Below, piece after piece: positions 1-11,258 of a DNA stretch of 64,000 bases. The position numbers were made by a program, and so were the translations under genes. The notes beneath the pieces are model-generated. The model saw only the letters and a list, made by a program, of their open reading frames with translations, did not search any database and was not told the DNA's origin. Location of the stretch: contig NIVC01003569.1 in assembly GCA_002269645.1 (NCBI GenBank), positions 1 to 64,000 of the forward strand, given 5' to 3'. This DNA is from Macrostomum lignano. Its lineage: Eukaryota. Every line of letters begins with the position of its first letter. The stretch's first letter is position 1.

Positions 1-200
1 AGGCGAGTCGCAATTCTGGTCCAATTCCGCTTGGCCTGTCTGCCTCCGAATGCTTGCAGACGCTTCAAAAGGCCCTTGAGAGTGAAGCCCATCCCAGACG
101 ATGGTGTACAAGTGGTTCGGTCGATTCCGCTCCGGCTGTCTGGAGCTGGACGATGATGAACGTGAAGGCCGTCCAAATTCGTCCATCTCGGACACGACTG
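1..200 (+). mobile_element. Mariner-type transposase N-terminal HTH fragment (degraded)
   Basis: Frameshifted reading ASECLQTLQKALESEAHP then VYKWFGRFRSGCLELDDDEREGRP matches the mariner N-terminal pattern (..WF.RF.SG...LED..RSGRP). No catalytic domain follows. Confidence 0.65.
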
Positions 201-469
201 TGGCTCGAGTAAAAAGTTTGAAGAAATCATTATATCGACTTCTAGGAAAAAACCTTTCACCTCCAGTTTCGTACAAGCAGCTTCAGCTGTGCCACTTGGA
301 AACAAAAAATGTTACTGGAAACCAGTCGTGAATATGTCTTTGTAAAGCTTCTTTTTTATTTAAAACATTTCAACACAAATCTCGTTGGATTTCGCGTCTG
401 CATTTAAAGGCCTTGCCATGAATTAAAGTCAGCGTGACTTTCATCAGTGTACTAAGTATGTACTTCCGC

Positions 470-832
470 TTTCCATCCGGATGTTCTCCCGGATTTTCGT
501 CCGGATCACGTGAATCTCTCTTTGCCCGGTTTTCGTCCGCTTTTTGATCCGGGTAGTCATCCGGTTTACTCGTCTGATGCAGTCGTCCGGTTTTGTCCGG
601 AAAATAACCCGCCATGTGGTCCGGTTAATTCTGGATGAACTTCCGGACAAGTTTTCGGATGACAGTCCGGATTTCAACCGGACCAATCGGTTTTTTTCCA
701 GACATTTTGGTCCGATTTTAAACTTTTCCTCCGGTTTTTTCCGGACGAATCAAATGGGAAAAATACATTACAACCCCGGATGACACCCGGACGTGTATAC
801 GGACAAACTGCCGGACCACTTATCCAGGCGGG
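470..832. repeat. CCGG-rich MITE-like segment
   Basis: Very dense CCGG/TCCGGA motifs. CCCGCCATGTGGTCCGG at 608 is an imperfect inverted match to CCGGACCACTTATCCAGGCGGG ending at 832, and TAA flanks both sides (605-607, 833-835). Confidence 0.35.
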
Positions 833-886
833 TAAAAAAGCACACGCTAAAATCAGAGCACAAAACACAAACAAATTAACTCAAGA

Positions 887-1403
887 CATATTTGGTAGTC
901 AGTCCCTGGGGGAGGCATTTGGCGTCCCAGGTCCCCTCTCCTACGCCGATTCGGCGCGACCTGGACTTAGCAAGCCAACCCTCGGACCGATTGCCTACTC
1001 GAACCGAGCTGCCGCCGCTGCCGCTGCCGCCCCGCAAGCGTTGACCAATCCTCCGGCCAACCAGGAGACCTCAACGTTCTCAGCCAATCTGTCTTCGCTG
1101 ACTGCAGCCGTGCCTGAATCTGCCTCTCAGTCTGCACCCAATCAAGAAGCTGACGCCGCCCCATCTGCCAATCATTCAAGTGAGAGGGGCCTGATCTCCC
1201 GGATGGGGGTGCTCGAGGTGGTACTTCGGGCCCTCACCCGACTCATGGGTGCCAACCCGGGACAGATGCTTACCGAATGGGAAGCGGGGCAACTCGCTAT
1301 CCAGGCGGTAACTGAAGTTCTGGCGGCGCTCAGGGGTCGAGGGAGGCCTGTTTCTGGGGCAGGAGACACCGAAGCCGCGCAAGCGAGCGGAGGTGGAACC
1401 TGA
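887..1403 (+). pseudogene. Probable LINE ORF1 C-terminal fragment
   Basis: Open frame ending at TGA 1403, about 100 bp before the APE domain. Ala/Pro/Ser-rich linker followed by a helical tail (LEVVLRALTRLMG...). Assigned by position only. Confidence 0.4.
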
Positions 1404-1499
1404 ACCCGTATATCAAATTGTTAAGCGTAAATCTGTCCGTTAACATTCAAAACTCCCCTTAATTTTTCTCAAACTAATGGGCACGCTGATCAGTCTGCT

Positions 1500-2277
1500 G
1501 TGCGGGATTCACTAAACATAGGGCACCTTAATTGCAATGGATTAAGCAACAAATTTTATGAGATTTCTTCCTGGGTCAGCAAGCAAGACCTAGACATAGG
1601 AATGTTCTCTGAAACCTGCCTAAAGGAAAACAATATATTCTACTTACCTGATTATGCCACACTCCGGCTTGATGTTCCCAACTGTAGAAGAGGACTTGCA
1701 GTTGTCTATAAAAATCATTTAGAAATTATGAATGTTGAAAAAATTTTCGACAACTGCAACCACGAACTTATCAGTTTTGAAGTTCATCTTAAAAATAACA
1801 AACTTAAACAGCTTAATGTGGTCCTCTTCTACAGGAACCCAACCCCAACACGGCTTAACACCCAACTTCTTGACCATCTATTCTCTAAACCCTCGACCTT
1901 AGTTATCGGGGACTTTAACTGCAACCACCCAGCCCTTGGGGTGACTCCCAATTCAACTATCCAGGCAAGCAGCTGTTTGATTGGCTTGATTCTCATCCAA
2001 ACCCACCAACCATACTTAACGATTATGAGAACTGTACCAGAGTTAGCTACCGTAGCGGCTCAGTCCTTAGGAACGTGCTTGATTTAGGAATTTGTTCCCC
2101 GGAGCTTATTAAACATACCAGCAATGTTATTGTGGGAGAAGATCTAGATAGCGACCACCTTCCCATTATCATTAAAATTTATTTAGATCCTAACTGTAAG
2201 TTGAGCGAAAAACCCTCTAAAAGCTTTTGGAACACTGACTGGGAAACCTTTAGAGGGACCCTTCAGGATAAACTTAG
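1500..2277 (+). pseudogene. LINE apurinic-like endonuclease (APE/EEP) domain, frameshifted
   Basis: Motifs LNCNGL, FSETCL, GLAVVY, VVLFYRNP, VIGDFNCNHP, then LDLGICS and DLDSDHLPII in a shifted frame. Confidence 0.9.
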
Positions 2278-2566
2278 TGTGGTGTCTCAACAGACTAACA
2301 CAGGAAAACACGAGTACGTGGCAGGTAAGACTTTTTTGCCGGGAAAAAGGTATGAGCTCCACTTAGGGCAACCCGCGCTTATATTTGATATTTAACAGTA
2401 AATTGTTACACGATCGATAAATTTAACCGCCAAAATGTCACGTGATTAAAAATACGTTTCACAATACAATATACGAATAATTTATTAACTGCACTACTTA
2501 AAGTAGAGTAGTAAGAAAAAGTAAGAAAAGGTTAGTTAGACGAACGGCCCTTTTACGGGCTCCTAG

Positions 2567-4546
2567 TCACGACACAACATTTTCCCCCCTCCCGAGAGCA
2601 CGGACATCACAGTCCCGCTTGGTACCGCTCCGGAGGTCGTCGGGCCCTGGCCGAGCGCCTTGGTCGGACTGCGCCGGGAAGCCCCGCCGGCTGCGCCGTC
2701 GCCGCCGCATCGCTGTCACCGCAGAGTTCGCCATGCACCAGCGGGTCGAGCTCGGCGTCCTGGTCGCCGTAGGCCCTAGCGCTTGTGGGACCAACGCCTG
2801 TTGATTCCAGGTCGTGCCGTCGCTCAGCCGGTACGCGGCGCCGGCCTTGGTCATGATCTGTAGCGGGCCGGACAGTCTCGTGGCCAGCTTGCCCTTCTTG
2901 ATGGGCCGCCGCACTCGGACCCAATCGCCTGGTCGGAGGTCGCTGACTCGCGCCCGGCGGCGTAGGTCCGTGTAGCGCTTGGTCCGCTGTTGCCGGTCGT
3001 AGATGGTCTCGCGCAGTCGCCATCCTTCGTCCGTCTCATTGATGTCTTTGGGCGGCGCCAGGGCAGTCAGCATCGTCCGCATCGATCGCCCTAGCATGAG
3101 CTCGGCGGGGCTCCTGCCCGTCAGGCTGTGCGGCGTGCTCCGGTAGACCTCCAGGAACTGGGTGATGGCGTCGGACAGCGGCGTGCAGTCCTCCTTGGCC
3201 GCTCGAATGCTGCCAGCCACTTCCAGTTTGTCGAGCTCGGCCTCCACCAGCTGCTGCTCGATGACGGGCTTGTGCACGGCTCCGCTGCAGCAGCCGATCT
3301 GCTCGCTAAGGGCCGCTGGAAACTGCCTCTCCAGCTGCTCCACGACGCTGTTCACCTCGCTGACGTCCTCGGAGAGGCTCACATGGAAACCGAGCTTATC
3401 CATGAGGTCTCGGCCTGCGATGTTGTCGCCGTGCTTCGCGATGTAGAATAGGTGTTGCAGCGACCGGTTGTTGTGCTTAACGGGGACCACCGCTTGGCCC
3501 ACGAGATCGATCAGCTTGCCGCCGTATGCGCGCAGCTTCATCGTTGTCGGCTGAGGTAGCACCTCGGTCAGGAGCGCGGCCGTGTCGGCGTTCAACAGTG
3601 ACACCTTGGCGCCGCAGTCGATCAGAGTATTGACCGGCACCTCTGCTTGTCCGAACCGCAGCTGCGCACGGATCTCACCGTCTCCCTGCACGGCGTATAT
3701 AGTGACCGCCTCGTCCGGGCCGTCCTGAGCCTGGCCGGTCACTTGGAGCGCCTTGCTCCGGCAGCAACGGCTGAAATGGTTCATTTTGCCGCAGCTGTTG
3801 CAGGACTGCCCCTTCGCTGGGCAGTTGCCGTCGCCGTGACTGCGTCCGCAGCGAGAGCAGGCCTTGGCGGCGGGTCGACTTTGCTGGCCTTTCTTAGCTG
3901 GCTCCGCCGCGCCGCTCCACTTCGCCTTTGGCTTCTGCGCCTGCCGGACCGCGTGCACGGGCTCCGTCTCCATCAGAGCCTGACAGCCCTTTGACGCCTT
4001 CTCGATGGTGACGGCGATGGCGAGGGCCCTCTCCAGCGTGAGAGTAGCCGCGTCTTCCGTCAGCAGTCGCTCTCGGATGCGAGCGCTGCCAGTCTTCTCT
4101 GCCAGTTGGTCTCTGATGAGCTGGTCTCGGAGATTTCCGTACTCGCAGGGCTCGGCCAGCTCCCTGAGCGCGGCCACGAAGGACTCTGCGTCTTCGCCGG
4201 GCAGCTGGTGTCGTTGGCGGAATCGGAAGCGAGCCACCATCACGTTGGGCTTCTCTCCGAAGATCCCGCCCGTCCAGCTTTGCCTTCGCCTCCTTGAAGG
4301 AATCTCCCTCCGTGAGTGCTTGTCTCGCCTTGGCAATGCGCTGGCCTTCGAATCCGAGCAGGTGGAGCAGCAGATTCCTCTTTGTGGGTTCCGCCTCGGA
4401 TTGCCCCTCCGCTCCCGAAACTGGGATGCCGTGTAGAAGAATTCGAACGCGTCCAGCCATCTTGGCCACGGGACTGCCGGTTGGCCGCTCACGGGAAGAA
4501 AAGGCGCTGGTGCTGGAAGGCTGGGTCCGCTCATCCTCGTCGCCAA
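2567..4546 (-). CDS. Gag-protease fused in frame to integrase C-terminus (RT, RNase H and integrase core deleted)
   Basis: Mag-type Gag (ARFRFRQRHQ..RDQL), twin knuckles (CSRCGRSH; CNSCGKMNHFSRCC), protease LIDCGAKVSLL, then directly YRSTPHSLTGRSPAELMLGR. The Gag N-terminus has a short stretch (KRNLLLHLLG) in another frame, implying compensating frameshifts. Confidence 0.85.
   Translation of the reverse strand: MATRMSGPSLPAPAPFLPVSGQPAVPWPRWLDAFEFFYTASQFRERRGNPRRNPQRGICCSTCSDSKASALPRRDKHSRREIPSRRRRQSWTGGIFGEKPNVMVARFRFRQRHQLPGEDAESFVAALRELAEPCEYGNLRDQLIRDQLAEKTGSARIRERLLTEDAATLTLERALAIAVTIEKASKGCQALMETEPVHAVRQAQKPKAKWSGAAEPAKKGQQSRPAAKACSRCGRSHGDGNCPAKGQSCNSCGKMNHFSRCCRSKALQVTGQAQDGPDEAVTIYAVQGDGEIRAQLRFGQAEVPVNTLIDCGAKVSLLNADTAALLTEVLPQPTTMKLRAYGGKLIDLVGQAVVPVKHNNRSLQHLFYIAKHGDNIAGRDLMDKLGFHVSLSEDVSEVNSVVEQLERQFPAALSEQIGCCSGAVHKPVIEQQLVEAELDKLEVAGSIRAAKEDCTPLSDAITQFLEVYRSTPHSLTGRSPAELMLGRSMRTMLTALAPPKDINETDEGWRLRETIYDRQQRTKRYTDLRRRARVSDLRPGDWVRVRRPIKKGKLATRLSGPLQIMTKAGAAYRLSDGTTWNQQALVPQALGPTATRTPSSTRWCMANSAVTAMRRRRRSRRGFPAQSDQGARPGPDDLRSGTKRDCDVRALGRGENVVS
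4532..4545 (-). promoter_or_regulatory. Primer-binding site, tRNA-Ser(GCU)-type
   Basis: Plus-strand CATCCTCGTCGCCA next to the 5' LTR equals the known 3' end of animal tRNA-Ser(GCU) including CCA. Confidence 0.75.
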
Positions 4547-5204
4547 TGTGGTGTCTCAACAGACTAACACAGGAAAACACGAGTACGTGGCAGGTAAGAC
4601 TTTTTTTGCCGGGAAAAAGGTATGAGCTCCACTTAGGGCAACCCGCGCTTATATTTGATATTTAACAGTAAATTGTTACACGATCGATAAATTTAACCGC
4701 CAAAATGTCACGTGATTAAAAATACGTTTCACAATACAATATACGAATAATTTATTAACTGCACTACTTAAAGTAGAGTAGTAAGAAAAAGTAAGAAAAG
4801 GTTAGTTAGACGAACGGCCCTTTTACGGGCTCCTAGTCACGACACAACACTTAGCAACCAACAGCTTCTCAGTTGTAGATTCTCCACACCTGAGGACCTA
4901 GATAAAGCGGTTGATCTGCTAAATCAGTGCATTCATGACACCATTGAGGATGTTGTACCCAACCGGGACCCTAGGGAGCAGCTTCCCCCAGATATTATTA
5001 ACAAAATTAAGCATAGGAGGAAAATTAGAAAATTATTCAAAAAACTAGAATAGACGACTTCAGAGTTCAAGCCAATCAAGCAGCTAAAGAAATACGAAAT
5101 GCCATACGTATGCATAGATATAGGAAATTCGAAGATCTATGCCACAAAATTGCTAAAACTAGTTACAAAAAAAACCCAAAAAATTTTGGATTGACATCAA
5201 AAAG

Positions 5205-6806
5205 ATGACAGGAGAAAGGTCCAAAATGATCAACTATCCCCTTCTAGTCTACAAGGATTCGCATGCCGAGACTGAGGCAGAAAAAGCTTCACTCTTCAGC
5301 GACTTTCTAAAAGATCAAATGCAATCTCACCCCAACCAAGACTCGCTTATCTACGAAAAAGTCAGCAAGTACAAAGATCATGAGATCTTCAAACCCCATA
5401 AAAATATAATCGCGGCACTTTCATACCATAAAGAGCACGCGAACCCGATTGATCCAGATAAAGAAGATATCGAAAGCGATATCCTAAACATTACTGACCA
5501 GGACGTGCTCTGGGAGAGCAGAAAACTTAGGTCAGGAGGAGCTCCCGGTCCGGATAGAATTCCTAACATGGTTTTGAAATATGGTCTCAGCCCGGACTCC
5601 ATCAGAGTGCTCGCAAAAATTTACAACTCTAGTTTTCTCATAGGATACTTCCCTAAACAATGGAAAAAGGCCATCATCAAGATGATCCCTAAACCAAACA
5701 AATCCAAAAATCTCGTGGAAAGCTATAGACCCATCAGCCTAACCTCCTGTGTTGGTAAACTTTACGAGAAGATTCTAGCTAAAAACCTTAGAATTATCTT
5801 AGAAAACCTAGGAATTATTAATGAGGAACAATGTGCCTACAGATTCGATCACTGCACATATGACAATATAGTAAGACTCACCGACGATGTGCTGAAAATG
5901 CTTCAGTTGAGGCAGTACACGTTGGGGGTCTTCTTTGATGTCAAAGGAGCCTTCGATGGAGTCTGGCTGGACTACCTTAAATATAAAATCTGGAAAAGTA
6001 AAATCCCGCACAACATGACACGAATTATAGTTGGAGGAGCCCGGGGCGAGGTCTTTCAGCCAACGGCGGGTGTCCCGCAGGGTGGGGTGCTCTCGCCCCT
6101 GCTCTTTATCATCTTCGCTAGCTCTATACCCAAGCCCACTGACAGCAAGGTCCGCTTTAGTCAGTTCGCTGACGACTTAGCAGTATGGGCCTCTGCCAGA
6201 AAATCCACTATGTCCGCTAAAAGGCTTAACTCATACTTCATTGTCCTCAAAAAGTGGCTTGACAATTTGGGCATAGTCATCAATCCCTCCAAAAGTAAAG
6301 CCATTTCCTTTTTCAAAGCTAATGGGAACAAAACAGGTCCAGACGATCCTCCAATTAAACTTGGACAAGACAAAATCAAGTACTATGATTCCGTCACCTT
6401 CCTAGGGATGGTTCTTGACAAACAGCTTAACTTTAGGGCCCATATCGACAAGGTAGCTTGGTCTTCGACTGCCAAAATGGCTGCGCTAGCTAGGATGGCT
6501 AAGAACTCCAGGATTTCGCAACTGGCTCTTCGCCTCATCTATAGATCTTACATTGAGAGCACAATGACTTACGGCGCTCCAGTGCTCATCAATCTACTGG
6601 CATCCCTTGTCAACAAGTTACAAATTCTGCAAAATAAGGCTCTTCGCCTCTCTATAGATGCTCCGCCTTATACTAAAATCACATACTTACACCAGGTCAC
6701 CAAGATGCCTATGGTTAAGGATCGACTCCTCAATCTTGCTAAAAAATGGTACAAAAAAGCCCTGGAGAGTGAAATCCATGGGTTCAAAAATGACACCAAA
6801 GAATAG
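5205..6806 (+). CDS. LINE reverse transcriptase (with small internal deletion)
   Basis: PGPDRIPN, YRPISLTSCVGK, FFDVKGAFDGVW, GVPQGGVLSPLLF, QFADD. A segment normally found before GVPQG appears to be missing. No RNase H. Confidence 0.93.
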   Translation: MTGERSKMINYPLLVYKDSHAETEAEKASLFSDFLKDQMQSHPNQDSLIYEKVSKYKDHEIFKPHKNIIAALSYHKEHANPIDPDKEDIESDILNITDQDVLWESRKLRSGGAPGPDRIPNMVLKYGLSPDSIRVLAKIYNSSFLIGYFPKQWKKAIIKMIPKPNKSKNLVESYRPISLTSCVGKLYEKILAKNLRIILENLGIINEEQCAYRFDHCTYDNIVRLTDDVLKMLQLRQYTLGVFFDVKGAFDGVWLDYLKYKIWKSKIPHNMTRIIVGGARGEVFQPTAGVPQGGVLSPLLFIIFASSIPKPTDSKVRFSQFADDLAVWASARKSTMSAKRLNSYFIVLKKWLDNLGIVINPSKSKAISFFKANGNKTGPDDPPIKLGQDKIKYYDSVTFLGMVLDKQLNFRAHIDKVAWSSTAKMAALARMAKNSRISQLALRLIYRSYIESTMTYGAPVLINLLASLVNKLQILQNKALRLSIDAPPYTKITYLHQVTKMPMVKDRLLNLAKKWYKKALESEIHGFKNDTKE

Positions 6807-7794
6807 GCCAGACCTGGGTTCAGGGTCCCCTTTACTACTAAACTCAGACAGATTACGCAAATGTGATTCAATTTATAACTCGAGCGCCTCTGTCCGGGGT
6901 CGGGAATACTTACGATTCTATGTAATGCTGTGCTAATTACTTGACATTCAAAGTACAGTACCAATCACACTCTGTTTTAACGTTTACACCCTCTCACAGT
7001 ATTATCTTTTATACTTCTCTAACATGTTTTACATTATTCACCCAAAATGCTGTTTATTGTGGGGCCAGGTCCACTACTTATAATTATCACTAAGAAAGGA
7101 TATCTGAATGCTGAACTTACCAGTTGGGCTTGCTTTGTTGGGATGCTGTTGCGTCCGGTTTGCCGATTAACAAAATTTGCAAAACCCTCACCTGTGGGTA
7201 GGGACCTCTCTACTTACGGTATTCTCCAAGTCCTCCCAGGGAATCCTTCGTTTTCGTAAGGTTAACTAACATAGGCAGGTTCCTATATCATAGCCGTGTC
7301 TAGCTACTCTCAATAGTAGTGAAGAAGCTGGCCTCCATTTTTAAACCAAAACACTCAAAACATTACTGCTTTGTGATTCATTGTACATATTTACACCCCA
7401 ATATTTGTTTTAGTTTTATCAATCATATTTATTTATATTTATTTGTTTTACTCAATACTTCAACCATTTGCTTTAAATTGACTCTATATTGATTAATTGT
7501 ACTCTATTATTTGTTTTAAGTTTTTAAATGGCATTATTGTATTATTTATTAGAAAATATTTGTTTTATTTCTCCAACAAAATACTAAATGTATCGCTCAA
7601 ACTGGAAACTAAAACAAATTAGTTGCGTAAGAGCCCTCCCCAGGGCTGATGCGCAGGGCCCCTTGATAGCCCCAACTTACCAAATGAAAAAAATGAAATG
7701 AAAATAAAACAACCTTCTCTGCTTGTTTGGCAATCGCTTTTGTGAGAAACTTTTAGTAATTGAAGTTCAACCTTAAAATTTATTTACTGTATAA

Positions 7795-7997
7795 GGAAAC
7801 TTGAGGTCGTGGAGACCAAGAACTAGGGATCCTAATAGGGAAACTTGAGGTCGTGGAGACCAGAACTAGGGATCAGGTTAGGAAACTTGAGGTTGTGGAG
7901 ACCAGAACTAGGGATCTGGTTAGGAAACTTGAGGTCGTGGAGACCCAAGATTAAGGATCTGAATAGGAAACTTGAGGTCGTGGAGACCCAAGAATAG
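7795..7997. repeat. ~42-bp tandem repeat, ~5 copies
   Basis: Unit GGAAACTTGAGGTCGTGGAGACC(C)AGAACTAGGGATC.. repeated head to tail. Confidence 0.9.
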
Positions 7998-8469
7998 AAA
8001 CCGGAGTAGGGAGATCGAGATCGTACAGATCCTAAGAAAACCGTACAGGCTTATAATAGACATTAGGTGTTGAGGGATTAGGCATTAGGGGAATAGATTG
8101 GCTACTGCTGGACACCCTTGATCCTCGGAAAACGCTAGACTTTCGAACTGAATTAGGGAATTAGACAGTGTCTTACCGCTCGGGCACTACACGCTATTAC
8201 AAGGGTTCTAGGAAACCGTGTGAAATTAGAAATCTCTAGGAAAGAGTCATAGAGTAGGGCTGCCAACGCTACTCAAAGTAGATATATTAGTGACAATTTA
8301 TAGGATAGAGAAGTTAGAACTAAAGAACTGCAGCAACTTGGTGAGATAATTTCAGTAGGAACCATAAGGGCTAGCACAATACTGTAGTAAGTTAGAGTGC
8401 ATAGATCTGTACTACAGAAGAAAGATACTAAACATTAAATAAGTTACATATACAATGAACACGCGCACC

Positions 8470-9691
8470 TTTATTCCTTCTCCAAAGTCCAAGACAATTT
8501 CGTATACATCCCGGAAGGATTCGTGCGAAACCGGTAGTTGCATAAAAACTCGCCTGTTGTTTCCCCTTTGGTCAGAAGAGCCGCCAACCGCGCCTGATGG
8601 ACACGGAGCACCCAGAGGTTGAAACTCAGTATCGCTCTGCTTAGCATTCGTGTACCAGTCAGTCAAAGTCGTAACCTCGGTGTCGTCCGAGTTGAGCCGA
8701 ACTTCAGAGCAAGTACATCCAAGTACAACAGCGCCGGCGTACTCCTGTACTTTTGCTCGTCGTATCGACAAAATGTCGCCGACACTCCAATTGACAGCTT
8801 GATCGGAGGACGACCCCCAAAACGTGCAGGAGACAGAACGACAGGACTGGTCAACAAGAGTCACTTTAGCTACGTTTATTCGCTTCCCAGCCTTCGTCAT
8901 GACTTTCTCGGACTGCTGCAGTGTGTCGATTGCTCCAAGGACATCAACATTTCTAATAAAAGGCAATGAAGAGGGGACAATTTGAAAAGTATTTTAAAAC
9001 CTTAAAACGCTTTTTGAAGTTCATTTGAATCCTACCTACATCAATGGTCGAATGAATATAATGGACTGCTAGACTAGCCAACATAAAGGGATGAAGGCAT
9101 AGATTGGATTGCTAATCTAGTCAAAATAATTTATAAAAGCCGAACATACACTACAGTGCTACACGATTGCATATACAATTCACATTGTCTATACTATTAT
9201 GTCTATTGTACATATAATAATATTGTATACTGTCTGTCTATACAATACATACAAGTAGACAGATACAATGCAACTCACCCTTGCAGGCGTACGTTTTGAA
9301 GGTCGCTTATTTCAGTATAGTTACACGCCCGTTCAATAACAGTCGGAACTTCATTGCTTCGATATATTGATCCCTTGGAGTCAACTGAAAGAGATACCTC
9401 CATAGGATTGTTCGTTCAGTTGTACCAGTATCTCGGATCCGAAGTCTTTACCATACCGCCGGCTACGCGAACAGCATCGGAAGTATTACAAACTTTCTCT
9501 CATCTGACTGACTCTCATCTCAGCCGAGTCGTCCACCAAGACGAATGAAAAAACTTCGCCACGAACATCGTTCTTCATGTAGGACCTGGTCTCCTTCAAC
9601 TCGGTCACAAGGCCAGTAACCGCTGTATTCATGTAGCCCAGTTCAGGCCGGAGATTTTAATCCTAATCTTCTTGGTGATTGTAGACGCCAT
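8470..9691 (-). pseudogene. RPA70-like ssDNA-binding protein (two OB folds, DBD-A/B), two exons, disrupted
   Basis: Exon 1 9691-9279 (ATG; GEVFSFVLVDDSAEMRV; GGMVKTSDPRY; NYTEISDLQN) carries frameshifts and a stop. GT donor at 9278, AG acceptor before 8952. Exon 2 reads NVDVLG..VTLVDQSCRSVSCTFWG..ILSIRRAKVQEY..LTDWY, matching RPA1 DBD-B. Confidence 0.8.
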
Positions 9692-10494
9692 TGTTGCTAA
9701 GTTGTTCAGTTTTAACAAAGTATAAACAAAACTTAGAAAATAGAAAGAGCTTCTAAAAATTTTGCAGTGCAAAATACTTCAGTAGAAATAGCAGGTTAAA
9801 AATCACAATTTGCAATAAATTTTGACTTAAAAAGTCAAGCCGACACCCCAATCACCAGCAGTCAACCCACGCCACTAAACAGCCAATCAGAATGCAGATA
9901 CCCCTCCCTCCCCTGTCTGCAATCTCTTCGCTTCCAGACTAAATCGGCTGGGTGAGTGGGCTCTGGACCTTGTGGCGTGATCTCGCGACGCTAATTGAAC
10001 TCCCACGGCCAACCCCTCTCAACGTTATCTGCGACTTATCGTTTTTCACACTCATGAAAAGCAGCACAAACTTTCTTAGTCATTTATCCAGTTATCTGAA
10101 CTTGTCTGTGTTTACTCCATTTTCATTTTGAAAGTTTTGTGTAGCCAATGTTTGGCTTGGAGCTTAACTGACAACACTCCAAGGGCTAGTACGCACTGTT
10201 GATATTGGCTGGCGTTTGTTCATCAGAAATCCCCACAAGTTATGATTGAGGATTTTTACATAATTCGGATTTCTTGGAGTAGAAACAGAATAGGGAAAGT
10301 AGCCTTGGGTATAGATCTAGACCACATGTAACACTAAGTGTGAGCGAGCTGGCTACCTCGTGAGTTGAGCTGCGCAACTCATGGAAATTGTACTGAAAAT
10401 AATTAAGTGTTAAAGGCGGCTTTGTTTTATTTGAGCATGTTTAGTTGACTGCTATGAGAAACTAATTGAATCAGTTTGAACCGAGTCTCTCTTC

Positions 10495-10568
10495 TATATA
10501 ACTTCTTCTATGTAACTGAATCTCTATATAACTGAGTCTCTATATAACTGAGTCCCTATAGACTTAGG
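10495..10568 (-). repeat. Inverted copy of the 16-bp minisatellite module
   Basis: TAACTGAGTCTCTATATA..GACTTAGG is the reverse complement of CCTAAGTCTATAGAGACTC.. at ~11068. Confidence 0.75.
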
Positions 10569-11067
10569 TATGGAGCCAATGACAACATTGAGGATTAAAG
10601 CTTGAGTGGGGTATAAATGATCAAAAAAGTAAAATAGGTTAAAGTAAAGACTAAAAGGCGAAAGTAAACACTCAAATACAGACGCCGAGGTTAGGGTTTA
10701 TTTTTGCACCTTTGAGGCTTGTACAATAAATATGCTTTGATTTAGGATTATGAAAATGAACATCTCTAATTCCCACGTGCTGAGTACCATCCCCATTCTG
10801 CATTCTACGTGGCCACCACATCCATAATTCCCACTTGTTGAGTTGAGTGCAATTGCTCATCTGCTCCCCACAGAGCCACCAGAAATAACTACAAAATACA
10901 ACCACATTGCGCAATGCTTACAGCTCTTTTGTGCGGCTTAAGTAAACCCCACTTTTGCCGAAATGATGAGTAGATATTATTCAGCGTTTTTTTAATATAA
11001 CAACAAACCAGAAGCAGGGGACGGCAACTAATAGGAGAGCTTTCCAAAGAATTCTACAAAGTTTATT

Positions 11068-11258
11068 CCTAAGTCTATAGAGACTCAATTAAATAGAGAC
11101 TCAGTTATATAGAGACTCAGTTATATAGAGACTCAGTTATATAGAGACTCAGTTATATAGAGACTCAGTTATATAGAGACTCAGTTATATAGAGACTCAG
11201 TTATATAGAGACTCAGTTATATAGAGACTCAGTTATATAGAGACTGTTATATAGAGAC
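11068..11258 (+). repeat. 16-bp minisatellite (TTATATAGAGACTCAG)n, ~10 copies
   Basis: Directly visible tandem units. A diverged copy with the same upstream flank lies at ~15650-15812. Confidence 0.92.

Larger units (their letters stand above)
2278..4849 (-). mobile_element. Internally deleted Ty3/Gypsy (Mag-clade) LTR retrotransposon
   Basis: LTRs 2278-2579 and 4547-4849 (TG..CA) differ by one T in a homopolymer as far as can be read. TSD CTTAG at 2273-2277 and 4850-4854. PBS TGGCGACGAGGATG (4545-4532), PPT AGGGGGGAAAA (2590-2580). Confidence 0.95.
887..7703 (+). mobile_element. Non-LTR retrotransposon (LINE, Jockey/I-group-like), defective, interrupted by an LTR element at 2278-4849
   Basis: ORF1-like tail (to 1403), APE endonuclease (1500-2277), RT (5205-6806) and a long AT-rich 3' UTR ending in an (AAATG)-like tail at ~7681-7703. 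The 5' boundary is approximate. Confidence 0.85.

Noticed and set aside
2607-4665. Numerous overlapping antisense and alternate-frame ORFs in the GC-rich LTR element (also 48807-51160)
   Set aside because: Expected shadow ORFs of GC-rich coding sequence, with no independent motifs.
7795-7997. CRISPR-like array (also considered for the 23-bp and 20-bp repeats)
   Set aside because: Units are head-to-tail without unique spacers, the context is eukaryotic, and there are no cas genes.
8130-8200. tRNA-like A/B boxes on the minus strand (GTAGTGCCCGAGCGGTAAG..GTTCGAAAG)
   Set aside because: No cloverleaf can be folded. At best a decayed SINE head.
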